The notes under the pieces: generated by a model | Databases searched by the model: none | What the model was told of the DNA's origin: nothing | Seen by the model: only the letters and a program-made list of their open reading frames with translations | Virus record (IMG/VR): IMGVR_UViG_3300007609_000025 | Location: 1-53,444 of that record | DNA: 53,444 nucleotides | Source: a virus | Taxonomy: Duplodnaviria > Caudoviricetes | Direction: 5' to 3' (one strand) | Program-made: the position numbers and the translations under genes | Shown: positions 1 to 9,065 of the stretch, one piece after another | Layout: each line of letters opens with the position of its first letter | Position numbering within the stretch: position 1 is the stretch's first letter

Positions 1-1
1 A

Positions 2-223
2 CCTGCTCTTCATGGCCATTTTATTGGCGGAGGTAACTACTGGTATGATGGAGACCAAACAATATACCATAACTTAAGTACTGAGCCTACTATAACTTGG
101 CCTACTAGCTGGGCATGGAAGAATAGTACTTTACCTTCTGTACCTATTGGCAACACAGAAGTATTTAAATTTTCTACTATAAATGGAGGTGCAAGCTTTA
201 ATGCTTGGCCAGCTACTCAATAA
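2..223 (+). CDS. 3' end of a virion fibre/adhesin-like protein (partial, not in ORF track)
   Basis: Frame +2 is open from the window edge to TAA 221-223. It ends ...PTITWPTSWAWKNSTLPSVPIGNTEVFKFSTINGGASFNAWPATQ, which parallels the C-terminus of the 643-1842 protein. Confidence 0.75.
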   Translation, partial: PALHGHFIGGGNYWYDGDQTIYHNLSTEPTITWPTSWAWKNSTLPSVPIGNTEVFKFSTINGGASFNAWPATQ

Positions 224-233
224 AGGAATTATT

Positions 234-650
234 ATGTTACTAGCAAAAATTAAAAACAACGTTATTAGCGTAGCAGACCATCAACAGTTTGCTCCGCATA
301 CCTCTTTCCCCCGTAGCGGCCCTAGTGTGACGTGGGTAAGCAATAACAACCTTTACTACGTATATGATACAAAAACACATGATGCCGACACTCAACGTCT
401 TGAAAGCTGTGGCCCATATCTAGAAAATGGAGTAGTATACACAGTTAGTGTAGTTGATAAAAGCGATGAGAGTCTTGCTGCGCAGTATAGAGCACGTAGA
501 GATGAGTTGTTAGCTGCAACTGATTGGCGCTTTCGTTCTGATCTAACCCCTTCTCAAGCGTGGATCGACTATTGTGCCACTCTCCGCGATGTTCCTCAGC
601 AAGATGGCTTTCCGCATAGCATAGTTTGGCCGGAGAAGCCTAATGACTAA
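234..650 (+). CDS. Phage tail (fibre) assembly chaperone-like protein
   Basis: C-terminal R.RRD.LL..TDW...D......W..Y...LRDVPQQ.GFP..I.WP.KP motif. Start moved from 183 to ATG 234, which follows AAGGA and the upstream stop. Confidence 0.75.
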   Translation: MLLAKIKNNVISVADHQQFAPHTSFPRSGPSVTWVSNNNLYYVYDTKTHDADTQRLESCGPYLENGVVYTVSVVDKSDESLAAQYRARRDELLAATDWRFRSDLTPSQAWIDYCATLRDVPQQDGFPHSIVWPEKPND

Positions 651-1842
651 CAATCGTAATATTGCTAATCTAGCAAATATACTTGATGAAGGAAGCGAGG
701 GGCAGGTTCTATCTTTTGGAGCTGAAGGATCTGTATCTGTATCAGATCCTGGAGGGGGCGGAGACTCGCTTGGTACAGTTACTGGTAACGATCTGGACCT
801 TTCTACAGGTAACTTGTTTGAAGTCACTGCAGCAGATCAAACGTTGGCGTTTAGTAATGCGCCTGATGTCCACCAGTTTAAAGTAAAGTTAACAGGTGAT
901 GGTACTGTTTCTGGATATCTTTTGAGCCAGGGGTCCTATGACAGTGTTAGTATTCCTAGTCCGGAAAACGCTCCGAATGCGCTAGCCTTTAACAATGACG
1001 GGACTAAGCTATTCATAGCAGGAACTGGAGAAGATGGGGTCAGAGAACTTACATTGAGTTCTCCATTTGATGTGAGCACTGCTTCTTATGACGGTATTAC
1101 TTTTAGTGCCGCCGCTCAAGAGCTCGGTATACACGGAATGGCATTCAACAATGATGGTACTAAAATGTATTTTGTTGGACAAAGTAATGATTCCGTTTTT
1201 CAGTACTCCCTGTCTACGGCATTTGATGTAAGTACTGCGAGCTACGATAACGTGAGTTTAAATGTAAGTTCTCAAGACGGTGCCCCAAGTGGTTTAGCAT
1301 TTAATAATAATGGTACTAAAATGTACATGGTAGGGGTTTCAAGTGACTCCGTACACCAATACACACTATCAACAGCTTTTGATGTAAATACTGCGAGCTA
1401 TGACAATGTTAGTTTTAGCGCTTCTGGGCAAGATGCCAATCCAGAGGATTTATTTTTTAACAGCGATGGCACTAAGATGTTTATAATTGGGAAAACTAGC
1501 ATGGCGGTTTTTCAGTATAGTCTGTCAACGGCTTTCGACATCAGCACAACTTCATATGACTCAATCAGTTTGGATATCTCCGCGCAAGAAACCTTTCCTG
1601 AAGGGGTAACTTTTAGCAGCGACGGTGGTAAAATGTACATAGTCGGAATTTCCGACATAGTGTACCAGTATACGACCTCTGCGACCACTACAGCGACCAT
1701 CACATATCCGAACACAGTCAAGTTCCCGGGATCCACTCCCCCACCCGTGCCTGAAATCGGAGAGGAAGACATACTTGAATTTGTAACATTTGACGGCGGA
1801 ACAAGCTACAACGCTACTCTATTAGGAAATAACTACTCATGA
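643..1842 (+). CDS. Virion adhesin/fibre protein with inserted beta-propeller
   Basis: Five full ~52-aa repeats (F.NDGTKMY.VG...D.V.QY.LSTAFD.STASYD) flanked by LDLSTGNLF...LAFSNAP and TITYP..VKFPG...DILEF.TFDGGTSY segments. Confidence 0.7.
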   Translation: MTNNRNIANLANILDEGSEGQVLSFGAEGSVSVSDPGGGGDSLGTVTGNDLDLSTGNLFEVTAADQTLAFSNAPDVHQFKVKLTGDGTVSGYLLSQGSYDSVSIPSPENAPNALAFNNDGTKLFIAGTGEDGVRELTLSSPFDVSTASYDGITFSAAAQELGIHGMAFNNDGTKMYFVGQSNDSVFQYSLSTAFDVSTASYDNVSLNVSSQDGAPSGLAFNNNGTKMYMVGVSSDSVHQYTLSTAFDVNTASYDNVSFSASGQDANPEDLFFNSDGTKMFIIGKTSMAVFQYSLSTAFDISTTSYDSISLDISAQETFPEGVTFSSDGGKMYIVGISDIVYQYTTSATTTATITYPNTVKFPGSTPPPVPEIGEEDILEFVTFDGGTSYNATLLGNNYS

Positions 1843-3647
1843 CTATAAGCCGCATACCGCTATCACTCATTTCCAATGTTAATGCAAGCGAAGGCGATGT
1901 ATTAGCATACAGCGCTGCAAACTATAAACCTGAATATCGTACAATAACAAAAGGAACACTTACTAAGTCTTTTATAAGCGGAGAGACTTATAACATTGAT
2001 TTAAACTACAGCGCAGATCCTTCTCCCACCGTCTCAGTTACTAAAGAAGTGCCTCAGATAGGCGCCTCAAGTAAAGGATTTTGGGACGTAAACACAGCTG
2101 GTACTAATTATGTACGTTATGATACTTCCTATAATACAACTCTAACACCTTCTACTGCTTCTGCTAACGGTACCTTTACTCTAGGAACCGGCACTTTTAG
2201 TAATAATGATGTAGGAAAACAGATTGAAGGTAATGGAGGTAAAGCGGTACTAACGCTCACTGATGGTAGCTACTATCTAGTAACAGCATTTAATGATGCT
2301 AATACCATTTCTGCAAACGATTGGAGTATGTTTGGCACAACTTTTGATGAAAATAACGGTCTACAGCTAGCCTCTGGGCTAGTGGCTCCAAATCATGATA
2401 TTTTTGGAGATGGATCAGCTGTTGCTGTTTATTTTCTTGAAGGCAATGGTAATGATGAATTAGGTAGTCACAATCTAAGTGTTAATTCCCCCAACTACGT
2501 AACAGGTAAATATGGACAAGGATACCAAGTAACTACTACAAGCCACTATCTAACGTATTTTGGATATCCAGCACACTCTTCTAATGAAGTAACTATTTCT
2601 TGCTGGGTTAAATCTCTAGACACCACATGGTCTGGCGCAGCAGTAGTGTGGACTTGGAGTGCTGGTACTGACGAGCACCATGGTCTTCAATTTACTGTTG
2701 GTGATGGTATTCTTAGGATGTGGGACGGGTCTAGTAGTACGGCAAGCCCTGCGGGCACTGTACCTACTCAAGAATGGGTTCATATCGCTGTATCTTGCAC
2801 AGCAACAGCACAAGATATCTATATGAATGGAGTCTACCAAGGCTCAACAACTGGGTCTTACTCCGCACATCCTATTTCTGGAGGTCCTTGGGATATCATA
2901 TTTGGTCAAGAACCTGACTCATATACTGCTGGCTCTGCTTTTGGAAGTTTTAGTGGTTCTCAGGATCTAAATGGAAGTATTGACTCAATTAGAATTTTTA
3001 ATCGAACTATCACTGCACAAGAGGCGCTCACTTTAGCAGAGATAGATGAGCCCACAACTTCTACTTTATTGCCTACAAATCAATATCATATTGCTACTAC
3101 CAATGAGATAGGGCAAATTGACAGCACTTATTGGCTAGATATAAACTCTATGACAGCAGATCAATTTACTGGAGATGGAGAAATATACTATGCTGTCTCT
3201 ACTGATAATCATGTAACATGGAAAGTAATAGATGATACTGAGGGAGATCGTACTATTGTACGTTTAAACTCAGGGTCTTGGGAGTATAATAGTAACACTA
3301 CTTATAACGCTAACACATGGACAGTTTCTACAAGTAATAGTGAGCTTGGTGCGTTAACTGAAGCGCTTAGTACTCCTCAAAATCGCATGAATAAATCTCA
3401 GCTTGAAGCTGTTACAGACCCTAATCACTACACATTAGAAGATAGTTTAGACTTAATGATAGCTCTTTACTCCGCTAATAATACAGCAAATATAGCTTAT
3501 TCAGACGGAGTATCAATTAACTATGATGCTGAGACATTAAATAAAGGGGCTATCCTAGGTACTGACTATGATTATGATTTTCCTGACAGCACAACTGTAA
3601 GATTAACCTCTAATGCGTCTCAAAACTTAAAAATAAAGATTACATAA
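1839..3647 (+). CDS. Virion structural protein with LamG/concanavalin A-like domain
   Basis: Ser/Thr/Gly/Asn-rich; central TISCWVK...EWVHIAVS...IYMNG...LNGSIDSIRIFNR LamG signature. Confidence 0.7.
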   Translation: MTISRIPLSLISNVNASEGDVLAYSAANYKPEYRTITKGTLTKSFISGETYNIDLNYSADPSPTVSVTKEVPQIGASSKGFWDVNTAGTNYVRYDTSYNTTLTPSTASANGTFTLGTGTFSNNDVGKQIEGNGGKAVLTLTDGSYYLVTAFNDANTISANDWSMFGTTFDENNGLQLASGLVAPNHDIFGDGSAVAVYFLEGNGNDELGSHNLSVNSPNYVTGKYGQGYQVTTTSHYLTYFGYPAHSSNEVTISCWVKSLDTTWSGAAVVWTWSAGTDEHHGLQFTVGDGILRMWDGSSSTASPAGTVPTQEWVHIAVSCTATAQDIYMNGVYQGSTTGSYSAHPISGGPWDIIFGQEPDSYTAGSAFGSFSGSQDLNGSIDSIRIFNRTITAQEALTLAEIDEPTTSTLLPTNQYHIATTNEIGQIDSTYWLDINSMTADQFTGDGEIYYAVSTDNHVTWKVIDDTEGDRTIVRLNSGSWEYNSNTTYNANTWTVSTSNSELGALTEALSTPQNRMNKSQLEAVTDPNHYTLEDSLDLMIALYSANNTANIAYSDGVSINYDAETLNKGAILGTDYDYDFPDSTTVRLTSNASQNLKIKIT

Positions 3648-3649
3648 CA

Positions 3650-4375
3650 ATGAATATTTATGAAAAGATGCTAGGTATAAAGCGTTATACTGATAGCGTA
3701 GGTACAATATATGGTACAGAAGATTTTTCTATCTACCTTTACTCGCTCATAAAAATGAGCAAACCTAAAAAAATAGTAGAGCTAGGTACCGGTCTAGGCT
3801 GTGTTATGCTATGGAGCGCACTAGCTTTAGAAGAAAATAAAGAAGGAGTAGTTTATACAGTAGATAATGGTAGCGACTGGAGTCACTTAAAGCAAGCAAA
3901 AGGCAGCATGGGTAGCATGTTTCATGAGCAATACTCAGAATATGTTAACAATTTAATTGACAATTTTAACCTCACGAGTTATATTAAATTTATAAATAGT
4001 GATATTGCTATAAGCGATTTACCTAACGATATAGATATTTTATTTTCAGATTTTAGTCACGGACCTTTACAGGTTTTATCGCTTATTAATCAGATATTGC
4101 CTAAGTTATCAGACAGCTCAATTTTAATGTTCGACTCAGCTTCTACTTATTACCCCTCTTATTTAGCGCTAAAAGATGCAGTTAATATGCTAAATAATAA
4201 ACAAATTCCTTATAGCTTTCAAAACTCTGAAGCATTAATGAAAAAGGTTAATACCTGTAGCTTTGAACTAAGACATATTATAGAAAATAAATGTAGAGAT
4301 CAAAATAGTACAGCGTGTATACATATACAGCCTAGAGATATTTTTCCCTGTCCTTTAAATCACATGAGGTGTTAA
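3650..4375 (+). CDS. Class I SAM-dependent methyltransferase (Methyltransf_24-like)
   Basis: KPKKIVELGTGLG motif I, VYTVD, IDILFSDFSH. Confidence 0.75.
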   Translation: MNIYEKMLGIKRYTDSVGTIYGTEDFSIYLYSLIKMSKPKKIVELGTGLGCVMLWSALALEENKEGVVYTVDNGSDWSHLKQAKGSMGSMFHEQYSEYVNNLIDNFNLTSYIKFINSDIAISDLPNDIDILFSDFSHGPLQVLSLINQILPKLSDSSILMFDSASTYYPSYLALKDAVNMLNNKQIPYSFQNSEALMKKVNTCSFELRHIIENKCRDQNSTACIHIQPRDIFPCPLNHMRC

Positions 4376-4933
4376 GTGTTAAAAGTAATTGATAATTTTA
4401 TTAGTGATCGTTATTCTAGATATATATTTGATAAGTGTGTTTCCTTAAAATGGACTTTTTCTCCTGACATATCGTTACCTGATCCTAGTAAAAGAAGTGT
4501 TCCAGGGTTTTCATATAACTTTTACTTACACAAAGATTTTAACAATAACGAGCCTACAACTATAGAAACTGCAGAGTATAATTTTATAACTCCTATGTTA
4601 CTTGAAGCTATGGATAAGTTTGGACTGCCTGAAGAGTCTTTTGATAGCCTATTTCGTAGTAGAGCTAGACTAACGTTAGCAAATGATAGACTTAGCGAAG
4701 AAGAGCGCATAGATAGTCCGCATATAGACTATAAAACTCCTCACTTAGTTCTTCTATACTATGTAAATTCAACTGATGGGGACACCGTTATGATTGAAAA
4801 TGGGGCAGTAGCAGATAGAATTTCTCCTAAGCGCGGTAGATGCGTACTCTTTGATGGGTCAGTTCTTCATGCTTCTTCAACTCCCTCTGCTCAGCATAGG
4901 CTAGTTATAAACAATAATTTATTAAAGGAATAA
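4376..4933 (+). CDS. 2OG-Fe(II) oxygenase
   Basis: PHID (HxD), LLYYVN.TDGDT, FDG...HAS, RLVINNN; GTG start after GAGGTG. Confidence 0.8.
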   Translation: MLKVIDNFISDRYSRYIFDKCVSLKWTFSPDISLPDPSKRSVPGFSYNFYLHKDFNNNEPTTIETAEYNFITPMLLEAMDKFGLPEESFDSLFRSRARLTLANDRLSEEERIDSPHIDYKTPHLVLLYYVNSTDGDTVMIENGAVADRISPKRGRCVLFDGSVLHASSTPSAQHRLVINNNLLKE

Positions 4934-4937
4934 GATT

Positions 4938-5267
4938 ATGGCAGTAGTAGAATATATGTTCAATATAGATGATAAAGGTAAGCGTTTTATTCCTGGCTTT
5001 ATAGCAAATAGAGGCCATTGGTATGATCCTACAACAGAAACCTATATTGGCTGGATTGAGGATAGTAGAGATTTTTTTGTACCAGACTCTATACTAGTGT
5101 TTGACAAAGAAGAGCTAGTCCAACGACAGTTAGCTATACACGCTACTAACCCTATGTTTAAAGAAAATGAAGAAGATCCTAATGCAGACCGCATAGAGCT
5201 AACCAATGATGAAGTTAGGCTGCTAGTTGAAGTTTGGTACGACGATTTTGTAGCGGAGAACTCTTAA
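4938..5267 (+). CDS. Hypothetical protein
   Basis: AAGGA RBS, acidic 109-aa ORF, stop overlaps the next start. Confidence 0.7.
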   Translation: MAVVEYMFNIDDKGKRFIPGFIANRGHWYDPTTETYIGWIEDSRDFFVPDSILVFDKEELVQRQLAIHATNPMFKENEEDPNADRIELTNDEVRLLVEVWYDDFVAENS

Positions 5268-5398
5268 TGGAGCTTATTCTCGCTGAAAAAATAGAAGAAC
5301 TATCTAAAAATGAGCTTACTGAACTATTAACTCAGTTACGTATGCAAGATTCAGAGGCTTTTGATAGCCTACAAGAGTTAGTAGAAGATATATTATAA
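5267..5398 (+). CDS. Small acidic helical hypothetical protein (43 aa, not in ORF track)
   Basis: TAATG stop/start overlap and upstream GGAG; MELILAEKIEELSKNELTELLTQLRMQDSEAFDSLQELVEDIL fills the gap exactly. Confidence 0.7.
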   Translation: MELILAEKIEELSKNELTELLTQLRMQDSEAFDSLQELVEDIL

Positions 5399-5407
5399 AG
5401 GTTTTTT

Positions 5408-6328
5408 ATGACAGAGAAAGAACAAAGTACAAATTTAACTATTTTTGACGAGTTAAAACGAGATTTAGTAGTAAAAGATGGATCAGAGTTTACTGTCCCC
5501 TTATCTACCATCTTAGGTAAGGGAACAGTAGCAAAAACAGAGTCTTTTGGCGGCCTAAGTTTAGCTGAAAATGCAGCAAAAACAGATTTAGCTATTGCAA
5601 ATACTAAAGACTTACAAAATATTTGGAACCGTAGTCACACACAATGGATGTGGAAGCATTTAAATCTTTCTTATTTAGATCCTCACAAAAATATGCGTCA
5701 AATTGCAGCAGAAGTTGCAAAAAAGAGACAAGCTCTTAATGAGGCTAAGTGGCGACAAATAAAAACTGAGGTTAAAATTAAAAAAATAGAAGAAAAACTG
5801 GTAGATCCTAGCACCTTAGACTATTGGACCGAAATTGATTTAAATGTAAAGCTTGCAGAGTATAAAGAACAACTAGCTGAAGGAATGAGCTATGTTGAAG
5901 GGGCTATGAAAGATATTTTAGCTCTAAATGAGCTGTATGAGCAGCTAAAAAATAAAACAAGCACTTTTAATGAGCTAGATATTGAAAAAGAAGAATCTAA
6001 GGTGCATATCAAACGTAGTATTGTTCAGTGTATCAGAGATGTACGTCAGTCTGGTTACATTTCTAAAGGCGAACAAGAATATTTAGAGCAGATTGGGGTT
6101 AACCCCTCTAAAATGCTAATTAAAATTAAAGAATATGTTCAAGAAGAGATTAAACAAGAGTCTTGGGGCGTAGCTATTTTGCATGAATTTGTAGAAAAAG
6201 CAGCTACTGAACTTATTGATAACTATCAGGTAGATAAAATTAGGCTATCTTTAATGGGTTTTGATTCTGACCCAGTAGAGTCTATTACCTATACAAAAGA
6301 CTTTACTCCTAGTAAAGATAGTTTTTAA
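5408..6328 (+). CDS. Hypothetical coiled-coil protein
   Basis: 306 aa, E/K-rich helical heptads, W-rich segment IWNRSHTQWMWKHLNLSY. Confidence 0.7.
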   Translation: MTEKEQSTNLTIFDELKRDLVVKDGSEFTVPLSTILGKGTVAKTESFGGLSLAENAAKTDLAIANTKDLQNIWNRSHTQWMWKHLNLSYLDPHKNMRQIAAEVAKKRQALNEAKWRQIKTEVKIKKIEEKLVDPSTLDYWTEIDLNVKLAEYKEQLAEGMSYVEGAMKDILALNELYEQLKNKTSTFNELDIEKEESKVHIKRSIVQCIRDVRQSGYISKGEQEYLEQIGVNPSKMLIKIKEYVQEEIKQESWGVAILHEFVEKAATELIDNYQVDKIRLSLMGFDSDPVESITYTKDFTPSKDSF

Positions 6329-6341
6329 GTGAGAAAACTTT

Positions 6342-6662
6342 ATGGCAACAAATAATTTTAAGCTTATATCTTCATCAAGTATAAGCGCTACTGTAGATTC
6401 CCTAGTTAATACTGCTGCAACAGCTACTACGTTAGTTATCCATTCTATGTATATAACTAACGTAGGCCCTAATTCTTCGTACGCTAATGTAAAGGTAGAA
6501 GATTCTAGTGCATCAGTTACTACGCATATAACCTATAAATCTGAAGTACCTTCGGGAGATACTCTTATACTAGATAAGCCTATAAACTTAGAAGCAGGAG
6601 ACAAGATTTATGCGCGAGGCAGTAATTTAGAAGTCACTGTTAGCGCATTGGAGATAAGTTAA
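6342..6662 (+). CDS. Small beta-rich virion structural protein
   Basis: S/T/V-rich, ends KPINLEAGDKI...VTVSALEIS; coupled to the fibre gene. Confidence 0.55.
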   Translation: MATNNFKLISSSSISATVDSLVNTAATATTLVIHSMYITNVGPNSSYANVKVEDSSASVTTHITYKSEVPSGDTLILDKPINLEAGDKIYARGSNLEVTVSALEIS

Positions 6663-8026
6663 TGTATATTAACCGCCTAGTAAATAGTGTAACTATAATT
6701 CCTGAAATAGACGAATTATCAGATAATGTAAATCGTTTATATAATATAGGCGGTACTTTATACTTTAATGGGCAGACTATTGGTAGTGGGACCGGTACTG
6801 GTACTGGAGATGCCGATAATGTTCAAGCTAACTTAACTAGTGCTATTAGTGATTTAAATGCTAATGACTATAACACCTATACAAGCCTACAAAGCGAACT
6901 TGCAGCTAATGACTATAACACTCTACTAAGTGCGCAGTCTAACGACTATAGCACATATACAACGCTACAAAGCGAACTTGCCGCTAATGACTATAACACC
7001 TATACAAGTTTACAGGCGGATATAAATAGCGTACAAGATAACGTTACTGTAGCATCAGGCGGTTTTGAAGCTAATGACTATAACACGTATACAACGTTAC
7101 AAAACGAACTTGCGGCTAATGACTATAACACCTATACAAGCTTACACAGCGATATAAACACGGTACAGGCTAACTTAACTTCTATAATTTCCGCAGCCCC
7201 TAGCACTTTAGATACTTTAGGGGAAATAGCTGCCGCACTAGAAAATGATGCTAATATAGCAGTAAGTCTTACTACAGCTATAGGAGATGTTCAATCTAAT
7301 TTAAGCGCTCTGCCTGACTCAGCGGCTAACGACTATAGCACATACACAACGCTACAAGGCGAACTTGCAGCTAATGACTATAACACTCTACTAAGCGCTC
7401 AGTCTAATGACTATAACACGTATACAAGTCTACAAAGCGAACTCGCGGCTAACGACTATAATACCTATACAACCCTATATAGTAATATTGACACAGTACA
7501 GGCTAATCTAACCGCACTACCAGATTCAGCAGCCAACGACTATAGCACATATACAACGCTACAAGCTAGTATTAACAGTGTACAGTCTAATTTAGATTTA
7601 GGAGGGGGAGCTTGGAGTTCTTCAGGAGATAATATATACTACTCTTCAGGTAGAGTATCTATCAGTCCTACAGTACAAGACCCTGCCTCTAACTTATATG
7701 TAACAGGTAATACCTATGTAAGTGGCAATGTTGAGGTAGGAGACACTCTTATTGAGCACTCCTCTATTAGAGTAAAACAAAATATTACAGCACTAGAGGA
7801 TCAGCTAGCAAAAATATTATTGCTACGTCCAGTAGAGTATGATAAGATTATTTCAGGGTCTCATGAGTATGGTCTTATTTCAGAAGAGGTAGCAAAAATA
7901 GCCCCTTCTGTAGTAGGCCTAAATAATTCTGCTGTTCAATATACTAGAATAGTGCCAATGCTTATTCAAGCAGTTCAAGAGTTATACTTAGAAGTTGAGC
8001 ATCTTAAAGGTAGATTAAATGGCTGA
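6662..8026 (+). CDS. Coiled-coil tail fibre with C-terminal peptidase S74 intramolecular chaperone
   Basis: 11 NDY repeats; APSTLDTLGEIAAALEND fibre motif; SSIRVKQNI...LRPVEY...GLISEEV...VQYTRIVPMLIQAVQEL. Confidence 0.8.
   Translation: MYINRLVNSVTIIPEIDELSDNVNRLYNIGGTLYFNGQTIGSGTGTGTGDADNVQANLTSAISDLNANDYNTYTSLQSELAANDYNTLLSAQSNDYSTYTTLQSELAANDYNTYTSLQADINSVQDNVTVASGGFEANDYNTYTTLQNELAANDYNTYTSLHSDINTVQANLTSIISAAPSTLDTLGEIAAALENDANIAVSLTTAIGDVQSNLSALPDSAANDYSTYTTLQGELAANDYNTLLSAQSNDYNTYTSLQSELAANDYNTYTTLYSNIDTVQANLTALPDSAANDYSTYTTLQASINSVQSNLDLGGGAWSSSGDNIYYSSGRVSISPTVQDPASNLYVTGNTYVSGNVEVGDTLIEHSSIRVKQNITALEDQLAKILLLRPVEYDKIISGSHEYGLISEEVAKIAPSVVGLNNSAVQYTRIVPMLIQAVQELYLEVEHLKGRLNG
6860..7570 (+). 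repeat. Intragenic NDY repeats (14/11-aa period)
   Basis: GCTAA(T/C)GACTATA-type units recur; 6894-6950 is nearly identical to 7359-7415. Confidence 0.9.
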
Positions 8027-9065
8027 GCTTAAAGGTGGTAGTCTTGCGGGGGCAAATACTATACTTACTAGCTTGCGCGCTAACGCTATAGCAGTAGGTA
8101 GTCCTTTTAGCTTTGAGTCAGGAGCAGCTATAATAAAAGATGCCTCTAATGCATATTACTTTGCTAAACTAACTGATTATAATACTGCTCCTCCACCTAC
8201 GCCTGCTGCGTATGGCATCGTAAGCGGTTACACCTCTGGTGGGTGGATCCCTATAAACTATAATACAATAGATAAGTTTCCTTTTTCTTCAGACTCCAGT
8301 GCGACTGACGTGGGAGATTTAACCCAAGCAATTCGGGGGCAAGCAGGGCAGTCGAGTGAAACTAGCGGGTATAGCTCTGGAGGTAATGCTCCTCCAGGAG
8401 TTGTCACCATTGACAAGTTTCCTTTTAGTACTGATACAAATGCAACTAGCGTAGGCGATTTAACACAAGCTAGGCATGGAGCATCAGGGCAATCAAGTAC
8501 AACTTCGGGATACACCTCTGGAGGGTTTGGTCCTCTATACTCTAACACTATAGATAAATTCCCTTTTAGTTCAGATGGTAATGCGAGCGACGTAGGCGAT
8601 TTAACTCAGGGAAGACAGAGTGTAGCAGGGCAATCAAGCCCTATATCAGGTTACTCCTCCGGGGGTTCAGATTCTGCAAGAGTTAACACTATAGATAAAT
8701 TTCCCTTGTCAACAGATTCTAATGCAAGTGATGTAGGCGACCTCTCACAAATAAGAAGTGGTGTTGCAGGCCAATCTAGTGAGAGTTCTGGATACACCTC
8801 TGGAGGTTTTGCTCCTCCCACTGTTAACACTATAGATAAATTCCCTTTTAGTTCAGATGGTAATGCAAGCGATGTAGGCAATTTAACCGCAGCAAGACCT
8901 GCTGCAGCAGGCCAATCAAGTGATAGTTCTGGATACTCCTCTGGGGGCCCTAGTGCTTCTGGTGACAATATTATAGATAAGTTTCCCTTTGCATCAGACT
9001 CCAATGCGACTGACGTAGGCGATCTTACACAAGCACGACAGAGCGCAGCAGGACAACAATATTAA
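8019..9065 (+). CDS. Six-bladed Kelch-like repeat protein, paralogue 1
   Basis: Six ~47-aa repeats SGYTSGG-x-TIDKFPFSSD.NA.DVGDLTQAR-x-AGQSS; ends AGQQY. Confidence 0.75.
   Translation: MAELKGGSLAGANTILTSLRANAIAVGSPFSFESGAAIIKDASNAYYFAKLTDYNTAPPPTPAAYGIVSGYTSGGWIPINYNTIDKFPFSSDSSATDVGDLTQAIRGQAGQSSETSGYSSGGNAPPGVVTIDKFPFSTDTNATSVGDLTQARHGASGQSSTTSGYTSGGFGPLYSNTIDKFPFSSDGNASDVGDLTQGRQSVAGQSSPISGYSSGGSDSARVNTIDKFPLSTDSNASDVGDLSQIRSGVAGQSSESSGYTSGGFAPPTVNTIDKFPFSSDGNASDVGNLTAARPAAAGQSSDSSGYSSGGPSASGDNIIDKFPFASDSNATDVGDLTQARQSAAGQQY

Noticed and set aside
6860-7570. CRISPR-like array of GACTATAAC repeats
   Set aside because: The repeats are in-frame coding units with synonymous variation, no unique spacers and no cas genes.
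8258-9004. Minus-strand ORFs over repeat genes and the TMP (also 11645-12028, 27844-39678 and others)
   Set aside because: These are antisense shadows of real genes; they mirror the repeats and lack RBSs or recognisable motifs.
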